DNA from: Candidatus Nomurabacteria bacterium RIFCSPHIGHO2_02_FULL_38_15
Lineage (GTDB): Bacteria > Patescibacteriota > Minisyncoccia > Phycocordibacterales > UBA9973
Reading direction: 5' to 3'
Assembly: GCA_001785575.1 (NCBI GenBank)
Contig: MFUC01000009.1
Location: 1 to 36,657, forward strand
Length of the DNA: 36,657 bases
A program made the translations under genes and the position numbers. Of this stretch, positions 19,681 through 30,762 are shown in pieces (the stretch's first letter is position 1; each line of letters starts with the position of its first letter). The notes beneath the pieces were generated by a model. That model saw only the letters and a program-made list of their open reading frames with translations. It was not told the DNA's origin and made no database searches.

Positions 19681-20109
19681 ATGAAACAAGTTCTAACTAT
19701 TATCATGCTTTTTGTAGCAACTAGCATGGTCGCTCAGAACAATACTCCTGAGCCAGTAAGTGTTTATTACCCGAAACAGCAAGCGTTGAGACCAATTGTA
19801 AACGTGAGTACACCTCAACCGTCTGTTTATTTTGTACAACATGAAAATGAGGCTTTACCGCAACCGATTTTCAACAATGCCAATCCATAATTGCCACCTG
19901 TGCAATCATTTCCAATTCCGGCCTATGAGAATAATGGCCTAACCTGGATTTCGTTGATTACATTTGCTCTGGTTACCGGTATTATCGGATGGCTATGGGG
20001 TTTCTTTTTTGGCAGGCGAAGTATTGGTAATAACTTTTTTGAAAACACCTCGTCATTACATTCTACCTCAAAGGTTATCCGGGATACAGCGAATGATGAT
20101 AAAAAATAA
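19681..20109 (+). pseudogene. Secreted/membrane-anchored protein split by one in-frame TAA (19888-19890)
   Basis: Two same-frame ORFs abut exactly; signal peptide in the first and TM helix in the second; promoter TTGACT-N17-TATACT (19642-19670) and terminator at 20128-20153. Confidence 0.6.
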
Positions 20110-20158
20110 GCTGGTCGCTTAACGACTACCGCTCCAATTAGGGGCGGTTTTTTATATT

Positions 20159-20204
20159 TAGCCATAAGTCCGACTTATGGCTACTTGGGAGCTTAGCTCC
20201 CAAG
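20159..20204. repeat. Tandem REP-like palindromes (family 3 plus family 2)
   Basis: tagccataag-tccga-cttatggcta immediately followed by cttgggag-cttag-ctcccaag. Confidence 0.8.
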
Positions 20205-20209
20205 AGGTA

Positions 20210-21787
20210 TTATTTTATAGAATAAATATAACCGTCACGGGCGCCGAAGAATATTTGGCCGTTCCAGACGGCGGGTGTAGATTCAATACATGAGCCTGAA
20301 TCTATTTTGTGCTCCCAAACTTTTTCAAAAATGTCATTACTAATATTAAAATTTAAAATTTTACCCTCGCAGGTGCCAATAATTAAATTACTGTCTAAAT
20401 TATTGTCAATTAATGCAGGCGATGACCAAGCATTTGTACCAATATAAATTGAATTTAAAATTTTGCCGGTATTTGTATCTATCATTAATAAATCACCCGG
20501 GTTAGTAGGTACATACAATCTATTATTTTTTATGGCCGGGGTTGCCCAAATGCCACCGGTCATACCACGCTTTTTTGGTACTGAGATTCCCCAAACTATA
20601 ATGTCTGAATCAGTTGGTGCCTCGCCTTTTGAAATTTTCTCTAAATACTTTTTTGGGTCTAGTTTTAAAATCTGGCCGATTTTTTGACGTTCATTGTTAC
20701 GTTCGTATTCGCTGGCTGAATATACAAATCCATTTTTATCAGCTACTAATGTTGCGTCAGTATCATCACCAGTCCAAAAATCAAAAGTTATTGGTACAAC
20801 ACTAGAGTCTATATTTTTCTCTATAATTTTTGTGTCAAAACCCATAATTCGCCCGCCTGAATTTGCAATATATATTATGTTGTCAACTAATAGGGGCGAA
20901 CTTTCAATACTTAAATCATCATCGCCTAATTTATCAATGTAGCCATCGGCATAAGTTGGATATTTAAAAATCTCTGTTGGATTAACCGTAACTTTACCCA
21001 AATCATCATAACTTCTATTTAGTTTAATAGCATGAAACCAGCCATTTTCGCTGCCGGTGTATAAAATATCATTTAATATCAAGCCATTTGGGTCCCAGTC
21101 GTCGTTCCATACGCCATCAGATTTTTTAGCCTCGATACGCCACAATTCAGTTGGGACTTCGCGGTCAAGGGCGATAATACGATAAAAATTATCGCGTGAA
21201 CCAGAGTATAAAAGAGGGTAGCCATCAGGATCCATAGTTACTGTGCCCTTAATAATGTCGCCCGTATAAAAAGGCACCCTAGATTGTTCACCCGTTTGAG
21301 CATTAATAAAGTGTATGCCACGGTCATAAGTATTAGTAATTATTTCAGTTATACCATCTGATCTTTCCCACACAATTGGCTGGCCAGTCCAACCACTACC
21401 GCACCAAATTTTGTTGGCATTACCCACGTATGATTTTGCACATAAAGGTTTGTTGTTTAGGCTTGTTTCGTTTGGGTAGCGCCACAGCATTTCGGGCATG
21501 TTTGTATTAATTGGCCCAGTGCCATAAAAATCCCTGCTAGATGTGCCTCGAAACATCAATAAGCCCTTATTTTTAATTTGGCCTGCGTTTAAATTTTGCT
21601 GTAAATTACTTTCTGCTTCTATTTGAGCACTAAGAGCTTGATTGTTAATTTCAGCTACAGCCCTTTGCGAAGTTAAAAAGTTTTGCCAAAAAATATAATT
21701 TGCCAAAACTAAAAAGCTAATTAAAAAAAATTTAAGTTTTTTGTTGTGGTTATGACTATGTATTTTATTGTGCAATGACATAGTCAA
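20210..21787 (-). CDS. PQQ-like beta-propeller repeat exported protein
   Basis: MFRG…R motif; repeated ESSP, WATPA, WSSPA, ESTPAV…GARDGYIY blades; N-terminal TM helix; exact start uncertain. Confidence 0.8.
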   Translation of the reverse strand: MTMSLHNKIHSHNHNKKLKFFLISFLVLANYIFWQNFLTSQRAVAEINNQALSAQIEAESNLQQNLNAGQIKNKGLLMFRGTSSRDFYGTGPINTNMPEMLWRYPNETSLNNKPLCAKSYVGNANKIWCGSGWTGQPIVWERSDGITEIITNTYDRGIHFINAQTGEQSRVPFYTGDIIKGTVTMDPDGYPLLYSGSRDNFYRIIALDREVPTELWRIEAKKSDGVWNDDWDPNGLILNDILYTGSENGWFHAIKLNRSYDDLGKVTVNPTEIFKYPTYADGYIDKLGDDDLSIESSPLLVDNIIYIANSGGRIMGFDTKIIEKNIDSSVVPITFDFWTGDDTDATLVADKNGFVYSASEYERNNERQKIGQILKLDPKKYLEKISKGEAPTDSDIIVWGISVPKKRGMTGGIWATPAIKNNRLYVPTNPGDLLMIDTNTGKILNSIYIGTNAWSSPALIDNNLDSNLIIGTCEGKILNFNISNDIFEKVWEHKIDSGSCIESTPAVWNGQIFFGARDGYIYSIK

Positions 21788-23720
21788 TAATTTTTTTAGT
21801 TAAGTCAGCATTAGTAACTTTGATTTTTAATTTTGTACCCAGAATAAAAACTTTTTTTGTGTTACGGCCAACGATTTGATTTTGTTTCTCATCAAAGCTG
21901 TAAAAGTCATTACCTAAATCTTTTAGCCTAATCATTCCCTCACATTTGGTGGCTTTGTCCTCAACGAAAATACCATTTCGACTAATACCGGTTACAACAC
22001 CATCAAAAGTCTCGCCAATATGGTAGGTCATATATTCAACTTGCTTGTATTTAATACTTGCCCGCTCAGCGTCAGATGCTTCTTTCTCGCGTTGTGAAGC
22101 ATAATCGCAAGTCTTGGCGTAACTGGCCCATTCGGCCTCGGGTACATCTTCATTATTTAAATAAGCTTGGGTAAAGCGATGCACCATAACATCAGGGTAT
22201 CGACGAATGGGTGATGTAAAATGCGTATAGTATTTAAATGCCAAACCGTAGTGTCCAATATTTTTAGTTGAATAAATTGCTTTGGCCATTGAACGAATTA
22301 CGGCTGTGTGTATCGTTTCCTTGAACTCGCTGTCCTCAAGCTTTTTCATCAAATTATTTAAATCACGCGATGGAATAATTCCATCTTTTAACTTCATGGG
22401 GTAACCCAACGTTTTTAAAAAGTGGGCAAGCTCGGTCATTTTATCAGGGTCAGGTAAATCATGTACACGATAGACGAAGACATTGGCCTTTTTCTCGGCC
22501 TTTTTGGCTACATATTCGGCCACCTTGCGGTTCGCCAGTAGCATAAATTCCTCAATCAATTTATTTGTATCACCACGTTCTTTGATATACACGCCAATTG
22601 GCACGCCATCAGGGTCCAATTTAAATTTAACCTCTTCTTGATCTAAGGCTATGGCGCCATCGCGCATTCGGCCCGCAGTTAGTTTTTTAGCAATGTTATT
22701 TAATATGGTTAGCTCTGCGAAAAAATCGCCACTTTGATTTGTAATATTTTCTTGCGCATTTTCATAAGTAAAACGTTTATCTGAATGAATAATCGTTTTG
22801 CCAAACCACTGACTGTGTACCTCGCCTTCCGAATCTATTTCAAAAATAGCCGACATGGTTAGTTTGTCTTCGTTTGGATTCAGTGAACATAAATCATTTG
22901 ATAGCACCTCTGGCAACATAGGTATTGTACGGTCAACTAGGTAAACAGAGGTTTGGCGTTTATAGGCTTCATGATCGATAAAGCTTCCAGGCGTAACATA
23001 ATGTGACACATCAGCAATATGAATACCGACTTCATAACTGCCACTGTCTAATTTTTTAAATGACAAGGCATCATCAAAGTCCTTGGCATCATCGGGGTCT
23101 ATGGTAAAAGTCAGTACATTGCGAATATCACGCCTATTGCGTAAATTATTTTCTAGCGAATCATTAGTGAGTGAGTGTTTTTTTATTTCCTCGGCTTCAT
23201 TCATTACATCAGCTGGATAATTTGAATCAAAGCCCTTCTCCATTGAAATGCCTAGCATCTCGGCATTATTTTCAAATGGTTTGCCCAGTATGTGGGTGAT
23301 GATACCTTTGGGGCACACCATTTGATTAGCCCAACTAGCAATTGTGACGAAAATTTTGTCGCCTTCTTTGGCGTCAATCTCGTTATCAATAATTTCGATG
23401 CAGACTTGCATTTTAGGATCTGATGGTTCCAAAATCATTTGGCCTTTAGCATCTAATTTTAGTGTGCCGGCATAACCAAATTTAGCTCGGCGCACGATTT
23501 CAATAATTTCGCCGGTTGGATTATTGTATTGATTAATACCAGTAACTTTAACTATGACTTTGTCACCATGTAGGCCGGTGCCTAAATTTTCAGTTTGGAC
23601 TTCAACGCTTTCGTCCAAATCTTTGGTACGAACGTAGCCAATATTTTTAGGTGACATGAAAAGCGTGCCCTCATACAGTTTTGCCCCCATAGCACTATTT
23701 GTGTTGTTTTCTATTTGCAT
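21765..23720 (-). CDS. rnr: Ribonuclease R
   Basis: TIDPDDAKDFDDA, LIEEFMLLAN, YTHFTSPIRRYPD; C-terminal S1 domain. Confidence 0.95.
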   Translation of the reverse strand: MQIENNTNSAMGAKLYEGTLFMSPKNIGYVRTKDLDESVEVQTENLGTGLHGDKVIVKVTGINQYNNPTGEIIEIVRRAKFGYAGTLKLDAKGQMILEPSDPKMQVCIEIIDNEIDAKEGDKIFVTIASWANQMVCPKGIITHILGKPFENNAEMLGISMEKGFDSNYPADVMNEAEEIKKHSLTNDSLENNLRNRRDIRNVLTFTIDPDDAKDFDDALSFKKLDSGSYEVGIHIADVSHYVTPGSFIDHEAYKRQTSVYLVDRTIPMLPEVLSNDLCSLNPNEDKLTMSAIFEIDSEGEVHSQWFGKTIIHSDKRFTYENAQENITNQSGDFFAELTILNNIAKKLTAGRMRDGAIALDQEEVKFKLDPDGVPIGVYIKERGDTNKLIEEFMLLANRKVAEYVAKKAEKKANVFVYRVHDLPDPDKMTELAHFLKTLGYPMKLKDGIIPSRDLNNLMKKLEDSEFKETIHTAVIRSMAKAIYSTKNIGHYGLAFKYYTHFTSPIRRYPDVMVHRFTQAYLNNEDVPEAEWASYAKTCDYASQREKEASDAERASIKYKQVEYMTYHIGETFDGVVTGISRNGIFVEDKATKCEGMIRLKDLGNDFYSFDEKQNQIVGRNTKKVFILGTKLKIKVTNADLTKKIIDYVIAQ

Positions 23721-23799
23721 TGTGTTTAATATAGCATAAAAACCTGATTTGGCTATACGCCATTGACTTATTTAGAGCTTTTTGTTAATATGCTTATCT

Positions 23800-24099
23800 A
23801 TGTTAATGATTCGATTACAACGCACAGGCCGCAAAAACGATCCCAGTTATCGCTTTGTGGTCACTGATAAAAAGAACTCTGCCTCAGGTGGTAAGTTTTT
23901 AGAAATTCTAGGGGCCCATACACCTAAAACTGACGAAATTATTTTAAAGGCCGAACGTATTAAATATTGGCTTTCAGTTGGCGCACAAGCATCTGATACA
24001 GTACACAATCATTTGGTCAAAAATGGAATCATAGAAGGCAAAAAGAAAAACGTTTTACCTAAAAAATCTCCAACGACCAAGAAGAAGCAAAAGAAATAA
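23800..24099 (+). CDS. rpsP: 30S ribosomal protein S16
   Basis: MLMIRLQRTGRKNDPSYR…WLSVGAQASDTV; ATG at 23800 follows TTGACT-N17-TAATAT. Confidence 0.95.
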   Translation: MLMIRLQRTGRKNDPSYRFVVTDKKNSASGGKFLEILGAHTPKTDEIILKAERIKYWLSVGAQASDTVHNHLVKNGIIEGKKKNVLPKKSPTTKKKQKK

Positions 24100-24195
24100 A
24101 AACTAAAATAAAAAAGATAAATTAGCCTTAATAAATTTTTTTTGCTATAATAAAAAACAGCAGACATACTGCTTTTAACAGATATATTTGAAAAT

Positions 24196-24522
24196 ATGCA
24201 AGATAACGACAAAGCTTTCCTTGAATTTATTGTTGGCTCATTAGTTGATCACAAGGATGATATTAAAATTGACCGTGTGGTTGACGAAATGGGTGTCCTT
24301 TTAACCCTGACTGTTAATCGCGATGACATGGGCAAAGTCATTGGTCGCCAAGGCAATACTGCCAAGGCTATGCGCACACTCCTTCGTGTTATTGGCATGA
24401 AGAACAACGCTCGAGTGAATCTAAAAATTAACGAGCCCGCTGGTGGTGAACCTTTCTCGGGCGCATCAGCTTCAGTTGATGACGCAATCGCAGGTTTAAA
24501 AAATGATATGGAGGTAATATAA
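24196..24522 (+). CDS. khpA: KH-domain RNA-binding protein (KhpA/YlqC)
   Basis: DMGKVIGRQGNTAKAMR; located after rpsP. Confidence 0.9.
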   Translation: MQDNDKAFLEFIVGSLVDHKDDIKIDRVVDEMGVLLTLTVNRDDMGKVIGRQGNTAKAMRTLLRVIGMKNNARVNLKINEPAGGEPFSGASASVDDAIAGLKNDMEVI

Positions 24523-24525
24523 AAA

Positions 24526-24568
24526 TATAAAAAAATCCCAGTGCCCAAGGTGCTGGGATTTTTTTATA
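24526..24568 (+). terminator. Intrinsic terminator
   Basis: tataaaaaaatcccag/ctgggatttttttata. Confidence 0.7.
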
Positions 24569-24577
24569 AGCTAGCGC

Positions 24578-24620
24578 ACCTCACCCCCTGCCCCCTCTCC
24601 AGGCAAGCTAGAGAGGGGAA
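24578..24620. repeat. Half copy of palindromic repeat family A
   Basis: acctcaccccctgccccctctcc…agaggggaa. Confidence 0.7.
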
Positions 24621-24636
24621 CCGAATTTTATGAACA

Positions 24637-24657
24637 TACGGAGGCCTTGCCTCCGTC
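24637..24657. repeat. REP-like palindrome family 1, left of RAYT
   Basis: tacggagg-ccttg-cctccgtc. Confidence 0.85.
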
Positions 24658-24680
24658 TATTTTTTTGATAAAATTAATAT

Positions 24681-25340
24681 ATGTCTATAAGAAAAGTCAC
24701 ATTTGCTTTTGATGAATATTACCATGTGTATAATCGTGGGAATAGTAAACAAAAAATATTTCATGATAAACAAGATTATGAACATTTTGTTTTGTTATTA
24801 TTGATTTTAAATAATGATAAAAATTTAGAGTTAAGAAATTTAAGTAAAGATTTTTTAGTAGATTTGAATAATGTTAATAGTTTAGTATCTATTGGCGCCT
24901 ATGTACTAATGCCTAATCATTTCCACATACTTCTTACTGAAAAGATCGACGGAGGCATTAGTAAGTTTATGCAAAAAGTTAGTACTGCTTATGTTATGTA
25001 TTACAATAAAAAATATACTAGAACAGGGTCACTTTTTGAAGGGAAGTTTAAATCACAACATTTGGATACTGATAATTATTTAAAATATATATTTTCATAT
25101 ATCCATCTTAACCCTATAAAGCTAATTGATAAAAACTGGAAAGAGGAGGGTATAAAAAACAAATCAACCACCTTGATATATCTGGAAGGATACCAGTATT
25201 CAAGTTATATGGATTACTTAGGTATAGAAAGGTTGCAAAATAAAATCTTAAATAAATTTGATTTTCCAGACTATTTTCCGTCAACCAAGCTTTTTTCAAA
25301 AGAGGTGTTTACGTGGTTAAGTTTTAAAGACAGCTATTAG
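24681..25340 (+). CDS. REP-associated tyrosine transposase (RAYT, Y1 HUH family)
   Basis: YYHVYNRG…IF, YVLMPNHFH (HUH), YIHLNP (catalytic Tyr); flanked by inverted REP-like palindromes. Confidence 0.9.
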   Translation: MSIRKVTFAFDEYYHVYNRGNSKQKIFHDKQDYEHFVLLLLILNNDKNLELRNLSKDFLVDLNNVNSLVSIGAYVLMPNHFHILLTEKIDGGISKFMQKVSTAYVMYYNKKYTRTGSLFEGKFKSQHLDTDNYLKYIFSYIHLNPIKLIDKNWKEEGIKNKSTTLIYLEGYQYSSYMDYLGIERLQNKILNKFDFPDYFPSTKLFSKEVFTWLSFKDSY

Positions 25341-25354
25341 TATGTTTTTAGCAC

Positions 25355-25375
25355 TACGGAGGCAAGACCTCCGTA
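25355..25375. repeat. REP-like palindrome family 1, inverted orientation
   Basis: tacggagg-caaga-cctccgta; the loop is the reverse complement of tcttg. Confidence 0.85.
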
Positions 25376-25426
25376 GTTACATTTATAATATAATTTTTTA
25401 GTTTACCCTATAGAGATGATATAATT

Positions 25427-25963
25427 ATGATTATGAAGTTATATAGATTTAGTCCAATTAAAAACAATCAAGAATTACTAGACGCAATAAAGCACACGCA
25501 CTATATGTGTTTTACATTGTGTAAAGAGACTTTTGGTAAGTATCTGTCAGTTGCTGGTAATGTTGGTATATTTTGTCATTATGAAGATGAATATAAAACA
25601 CTTACACAAATACGTAAAGAATTAACGGAGCCCTCTAGCAACCCTAATCAAAAATATTTTTGTCTGCATGAGCCAATTATTATTTCCGCTAAAGATGACA
25701 TTCCTGAAACAATATATACACATCTTTATATTCGAAAACCTGATCAATATAGAGGACAAGTAGGGGATGTGGATTTTTTTATAAGTGATAACGAATACAT
25801 AGAACTTAAAAAATCACTAGAAGGTAGCGCAAAAATAAATGGAGCTAGAGTTTTTGACAGGCCCGATTTAGACATGATTGAATTATCTAATCCTGGCATA
25901 GACGCTTTGGCATATATTAGTACAAAATTAATGACCGAAAAGGTTAGGGTTAAAATAGTTTAA
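25427..25963 (+). CDS. Hypothetical protein between two REP-like palindromes
   Basis: 178-aa ORF; start may be ATG 25433. Confidence 0.75.
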   Translation: MIMKLYRFSPIKNNQELLDAIKHTHYMCFTLCKETFGKYLSVAGNVGIFCHYEDEYKTLTQIRKELTEPSSNPNQKYFCLHEPIIISAKDDIPETIYTHLYIRKPDQYRGQVGDVDFFISDNEYIELKKSLEGSAKINGARVFDRPDLDMIELSNPGIDALAYISTKLMTEKVRVKIV

Positions 25964-25976
25964 TCGTGTATTTAAG

Positions 25977-25997
25977 TACGGAGGTCTTGCCTCCGTA
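25977..25997. repeat. REP-like palindrome family 1
   Basis: tacggagg-tcttg-cctccgta. Confidence 0.85.
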
Positions 25998-26056
25998 ATC
26001 TAGTAGAGGTAAGTATAAAAAGTGATGTAAGTATTATTTTATGCTATATTCCATTT

Positions 26057-26764
26057 ATGAACTTCCACGTAATTACACTATTCCCTGAAATGTTTGATTC
26101 GTATTTAGGCGAGTCGATTTTAGCGCGGGCGATTAAGGAAAAGAAGTTAAAAGTGAGTTTTATAAACCCGCGCAAATTTGTCACTGGTAAATATAAAAAA
26201 GTTTGGCCCGATGGCAACGTATCACAACAAATTGACGAACGGCCATATGGTGGCGGCCCGGGCATGGTTATGATGGCCGAGCCTGTAATTAGGGCAGTTG
26301 AAAGCGTTTTAAAAAAACTTGACCAAAAAAATAAAAAGCTAAAAGCTAAAAGCCAAAAGCTAAAACCTCTCATTATAAACTTTGTACCAAGTGCTAAAAA
26401 ATTTGATACAGCTTATGCAAAAAATTCAGTTAAAAAGTATACCGACATAATTTTAATTTGCGGGCGCTATGAAGGTATCGATACGCGCATAAATAAAATA
26501 TTAAAATGCGAACAAGTTTCGGTAGGGGATTTCGTTTTAACTGGTGGCGAATTACCGGCTATGATTTTGATTGATTGTATTGCACGTCAAATACCAGGTG
26601 TCTTGGGTAACTTTGATTCACGTGAGGAAGCTCGCATTTCCAGTAGCGAAATTTACACCCGCCCTGAAATACTTATTCATAAAAACAAAAAATACAAAGT
26701 CCCCAAGGTTTTACTATTAGGTAATCATAAAGATATAGAAAACTGGAAACAGGGCAAAAAATAA
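26057..26764 (+). CDS. trmD: tRNA (guanine-N1)-methyltransferase
   Basis: ITLFPEMF, DERPYGGGPGMV, CGRYEGID, GDFVLTGGE, YTRP. Confidence 0.96.
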   Translation: MNFHVITLFPEMFDSYLGESILARAIKEKKLKVSFINPRKFVTGKYKKVWPDGNVSQQIDERPYGGGPGMVMMAEPVIRAVESVLKKLDQKNKKLKAKSQKLKPLIINFVPSAKKFDTAYAKNSVKKYTDIILICGRYEGIDTRINKILKCEQVSVGDFVLTGGELPAMILIDCIARQIPGVLGNFDSREEARISSSEIYTRPEILIHKNKKYKVPKVLLLGNHKDIENWKQGKK

Positions 26765-26849
26765 AATCACACAAAACCCTTTAAAAACAACCCTATTTTG
26801 TAGGTATTTTGTGGAGATGTTGTGTGATATGAAATCCACTGGAATTTGC

Positions 26850-26877
26850 TTGACAAAGGGCTTCAAATGACTATAAT
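26850..26877 (+). promoter_or_regulatory. 16S rRNA promoter
   Basis: TTGACA-N16-TATAAT. Confidence 0.8.
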
Positions 26878-27055
26878 GGCTGTTATCGTCTCTAAATTAG
26901 AGGGAGGCACGGGTTATTTGATAAAATAATAATAATCATCTATTTGATGCAAGATCAGTTATTTTTTGAAACTTTTAGTAAAAAGTTTAAGAATAAAATG
27001 AGACAAGTATGTTTCCTTTTGTTCCGCTTGAGGCGATATATCGTAATATATATCT

Positions 27056-28690
<1,635 letters not shown>

Positions 28691-28943
28691 GAGTCGTTCT
28701 CTACTATTTTTTAATAAATAGTAACAGAATTTATTGAGTCGATATTGTACATCTCGATCGAGTGTATAATTGTCTATGAATGTCATGACACTAAACATTT
28801 TGGAGCCGGGGGAAGACACCTGGTCCAGGCGGGACAAAAGCAAGCAAGTATGTTTCATTTTTAATACAAAAAGATCTGCGTCAAATAGATGATTATTATA
28901 AAGGTATGCCTATTTATTTAGTTATGCCCGAATAGTGATCATC

Positions 28944-28983
28944 ATGCAAAAACCCTTTTGATTTATCATCAGGGTTTTTGCAT
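28944..28983 (+). terminator. 16S unit terminator
   Basis: atgcaaaaaccct/agggtttttgcat followed by a T run. Confidence 0.7.
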
Positions 28984-28996
28984 TTTTAGACCAAAT

Positions 28997-29022
28997 AAAA
29001 AAGCCCCTTCTTGCGAAGGGGC
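28997..29022 (-). terminator. Terminator of the T9SS-tail gene
   Basis: gccccttc/gaaggggc with the U tract on the minus strand. Confidence 0.7.
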
Positions 29023-29060
29023 CTGAATTAAAGAGCTATAACTAAACCAATTAATGAAAC

Positions 29061-30590
29061 TTAGTGAAAAACTATTCGGCCAGTTTTGCTGGCACCGATT
29101 TTGTACAAGTACAAGCCGGCAGGTAAGACGGGTCTTACCACGTCACCACTATTAATTTCAGCGGTGAAAACAGTTTTTCCAGTAACATCAACCAGCTCAA
29201 TTTTTTGCTGTGGGCCGGTAAAGTTTACACTAAACCCATCACCAATAGTGGCGGGGTTAGGGAAGACTGAGACTTTTGAGGTTTCAGATTCTTCCAAACC
29301 AGCTGAATACAAAACATTAACCAAAAGATACGGCCTGATCCTGGACACGAATACACCACTTTTAGAGATGTAATAAAATGTCAGATACAGATTACCTGTT
29401 TGATTTAACCTGTTCATATACAGCCGATAGTCGCCATTGCTGGTAACTTTAACCGGGGCCTCACAAGGTTCAGCTATGCCAAACGTAGTGTCGAGTGATA
29501 CCATCGCATAAACGTCAATTGGCTCAGTGGTTGCTACCCGAAAGTCGGCATAGATTTTACCAGGGCCATCATAAATGGCAGCAATTGGTGTTACAACTAT
29601 AGTAGTTGCCACACCTTGTGTGTTGTCCACAGTCAGAGTATCGCTGTTAAACGTTCCCATACTGTTGCCTGAGCTAAAGCATACTTGCCACTTGCCAATT
29701 TTTGTTACAGGGATTCTTACGTTAGTTTTTTCAACCCCGTTGCCAGTAAAAGCATAGGGGCCAATTTTGCTAAACGCGACATCCTTTTCATGCTTATAGT
29801 AAACGTTGGTATTTCCACTAAGGGTATTACCAACAATACTTAGGCCAAGGCTCAAGTTATCCGCATAACCAATCAAGGAATCAAATTGACCCCAAGGTTT
29901 TGACGGAGGCACGTACTGCCCAACTTTTAAGGCATCAGTTTTCAAATTCGAAATTTCGTTTAAAATCTCATATCCCAACCAACTCTCTTGAGTTAGATTA
30001 GGGATAGTATCTGAAAACGTGTACTTGCCAGCTGTAAAGCTTAGCGCCTTGATTGCTCCAGAGCTAAACACTTTGGCCGAATCTTTAAAGTGAACATACT
30101 TTTTGATCTGAAAGTCCACATTTGAATTCAGCGACAACGAGGTCACTGCACCACTTGCTGTTGCATATGGTTTGGTAACGACGCTAATTGTCCCCGGTTT
30201 TGCCTTTACTTTTAATGTAACACTAAGTATGGAACTTAGTACTGGCGTCCATTTACCGGTATCAGGTGAAAGTGTTAAGCGTAGGTGAATAGTTGTTCCG
30301 GCTGCAGGGAAGTTGTAGTTTGAATCATCCAAACTATCCGTGACATTGTGCAGGCTATCAGTGTAAGAATATTTTTTTAAGAAGAACGTGCCACCCGTAA
30401 AACTGGGGTTTAATGCATACTCAACGGTTAAAAAAACAGATTCAAACGGATTGGCTGTTTGAAATCGGATATTCGCCCCCTGTTCCTTGTTAGCGGAAGC
30501 AGAGATAAAATTAACACTCTGTGCATTTACTGTTGCACAAAACAGGACAGAAGATACTGCCATCATCAATAGAATCAGTGTTTTTTTCAT
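29061..30590 (-). CDS. Secreted beta-rich protein with T9SS type A C-terminal sorting domain
   Basis: Signal peptide ending VNA|QS; C-terminal VFPNPA…LVDVTGKTV…LPAGLYLYKI…TGRIV. Confidence 0.8.
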   Translation of the reverse strand: MKKTLILLMMAVSSVLFCATVNAQSVNFISASANKEQGANIRFQTANPFESVFLTVEYALNPSFTGGTFFLKKYSYTDSLHNVTDSLDDSNYNFPAAGTTIHLRLTLSPDTGKWTPVLSSILSVTLKVKAKPGTISVVTKPYATASGAVTSLSLNSNVDFQIKKYVHFKDSAKVFSSGAIKALSFTAGKYTFSDTIPNLTQESWLGYEILNEISNLKTDALKVGQYVPPSKPWGQFDSLIGYADNLSLGLSIVGNTLSGNTNVYYKHEKDVAFSKIGPYAFTGNGVEKTNVRIPVTKIGKWQVCFSSGNSMGTFNSDTLTVDNTQGVATTIVVTPIAAIYDGPGKIYADFRVATTEPIDVYAMVSLDTTFGIAEPCEAPVKVTSNGDYRLYMNRLNQTGNLYLTFYYISKSGVFVSRIRPYLLVNVLYSAGLEESETSKVSVFPNPATIGDGFSVNFTGPQQKIELVDVTGKTVFTAEINSGDVVRPVLPAGLYLYKIGASKTGRIVFH

Positions 30591-30762
30591 TTTTACTTAA
30601 ATTTAGGTGTTTTTTAGTTTATTTGTTTGTTTTAAATTTCCTTAGGTATTATAGCAAATCTAATAGAAAAGTCAAGTGTTTTGACCCGACTTTTTAAAAT
30701 GTCCTTGACAAAGCTATTCTATCTGATATAATAGGGGAGTTAGAAAATAACGTTTAAAAATT

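Noticed and set aside
24681..25340. IS200/IS605 insertion sequence with TnpB
   Set aside because: No tnpB is present; the protein length, motifs and inverted palindrome flanks fit RAYT better.
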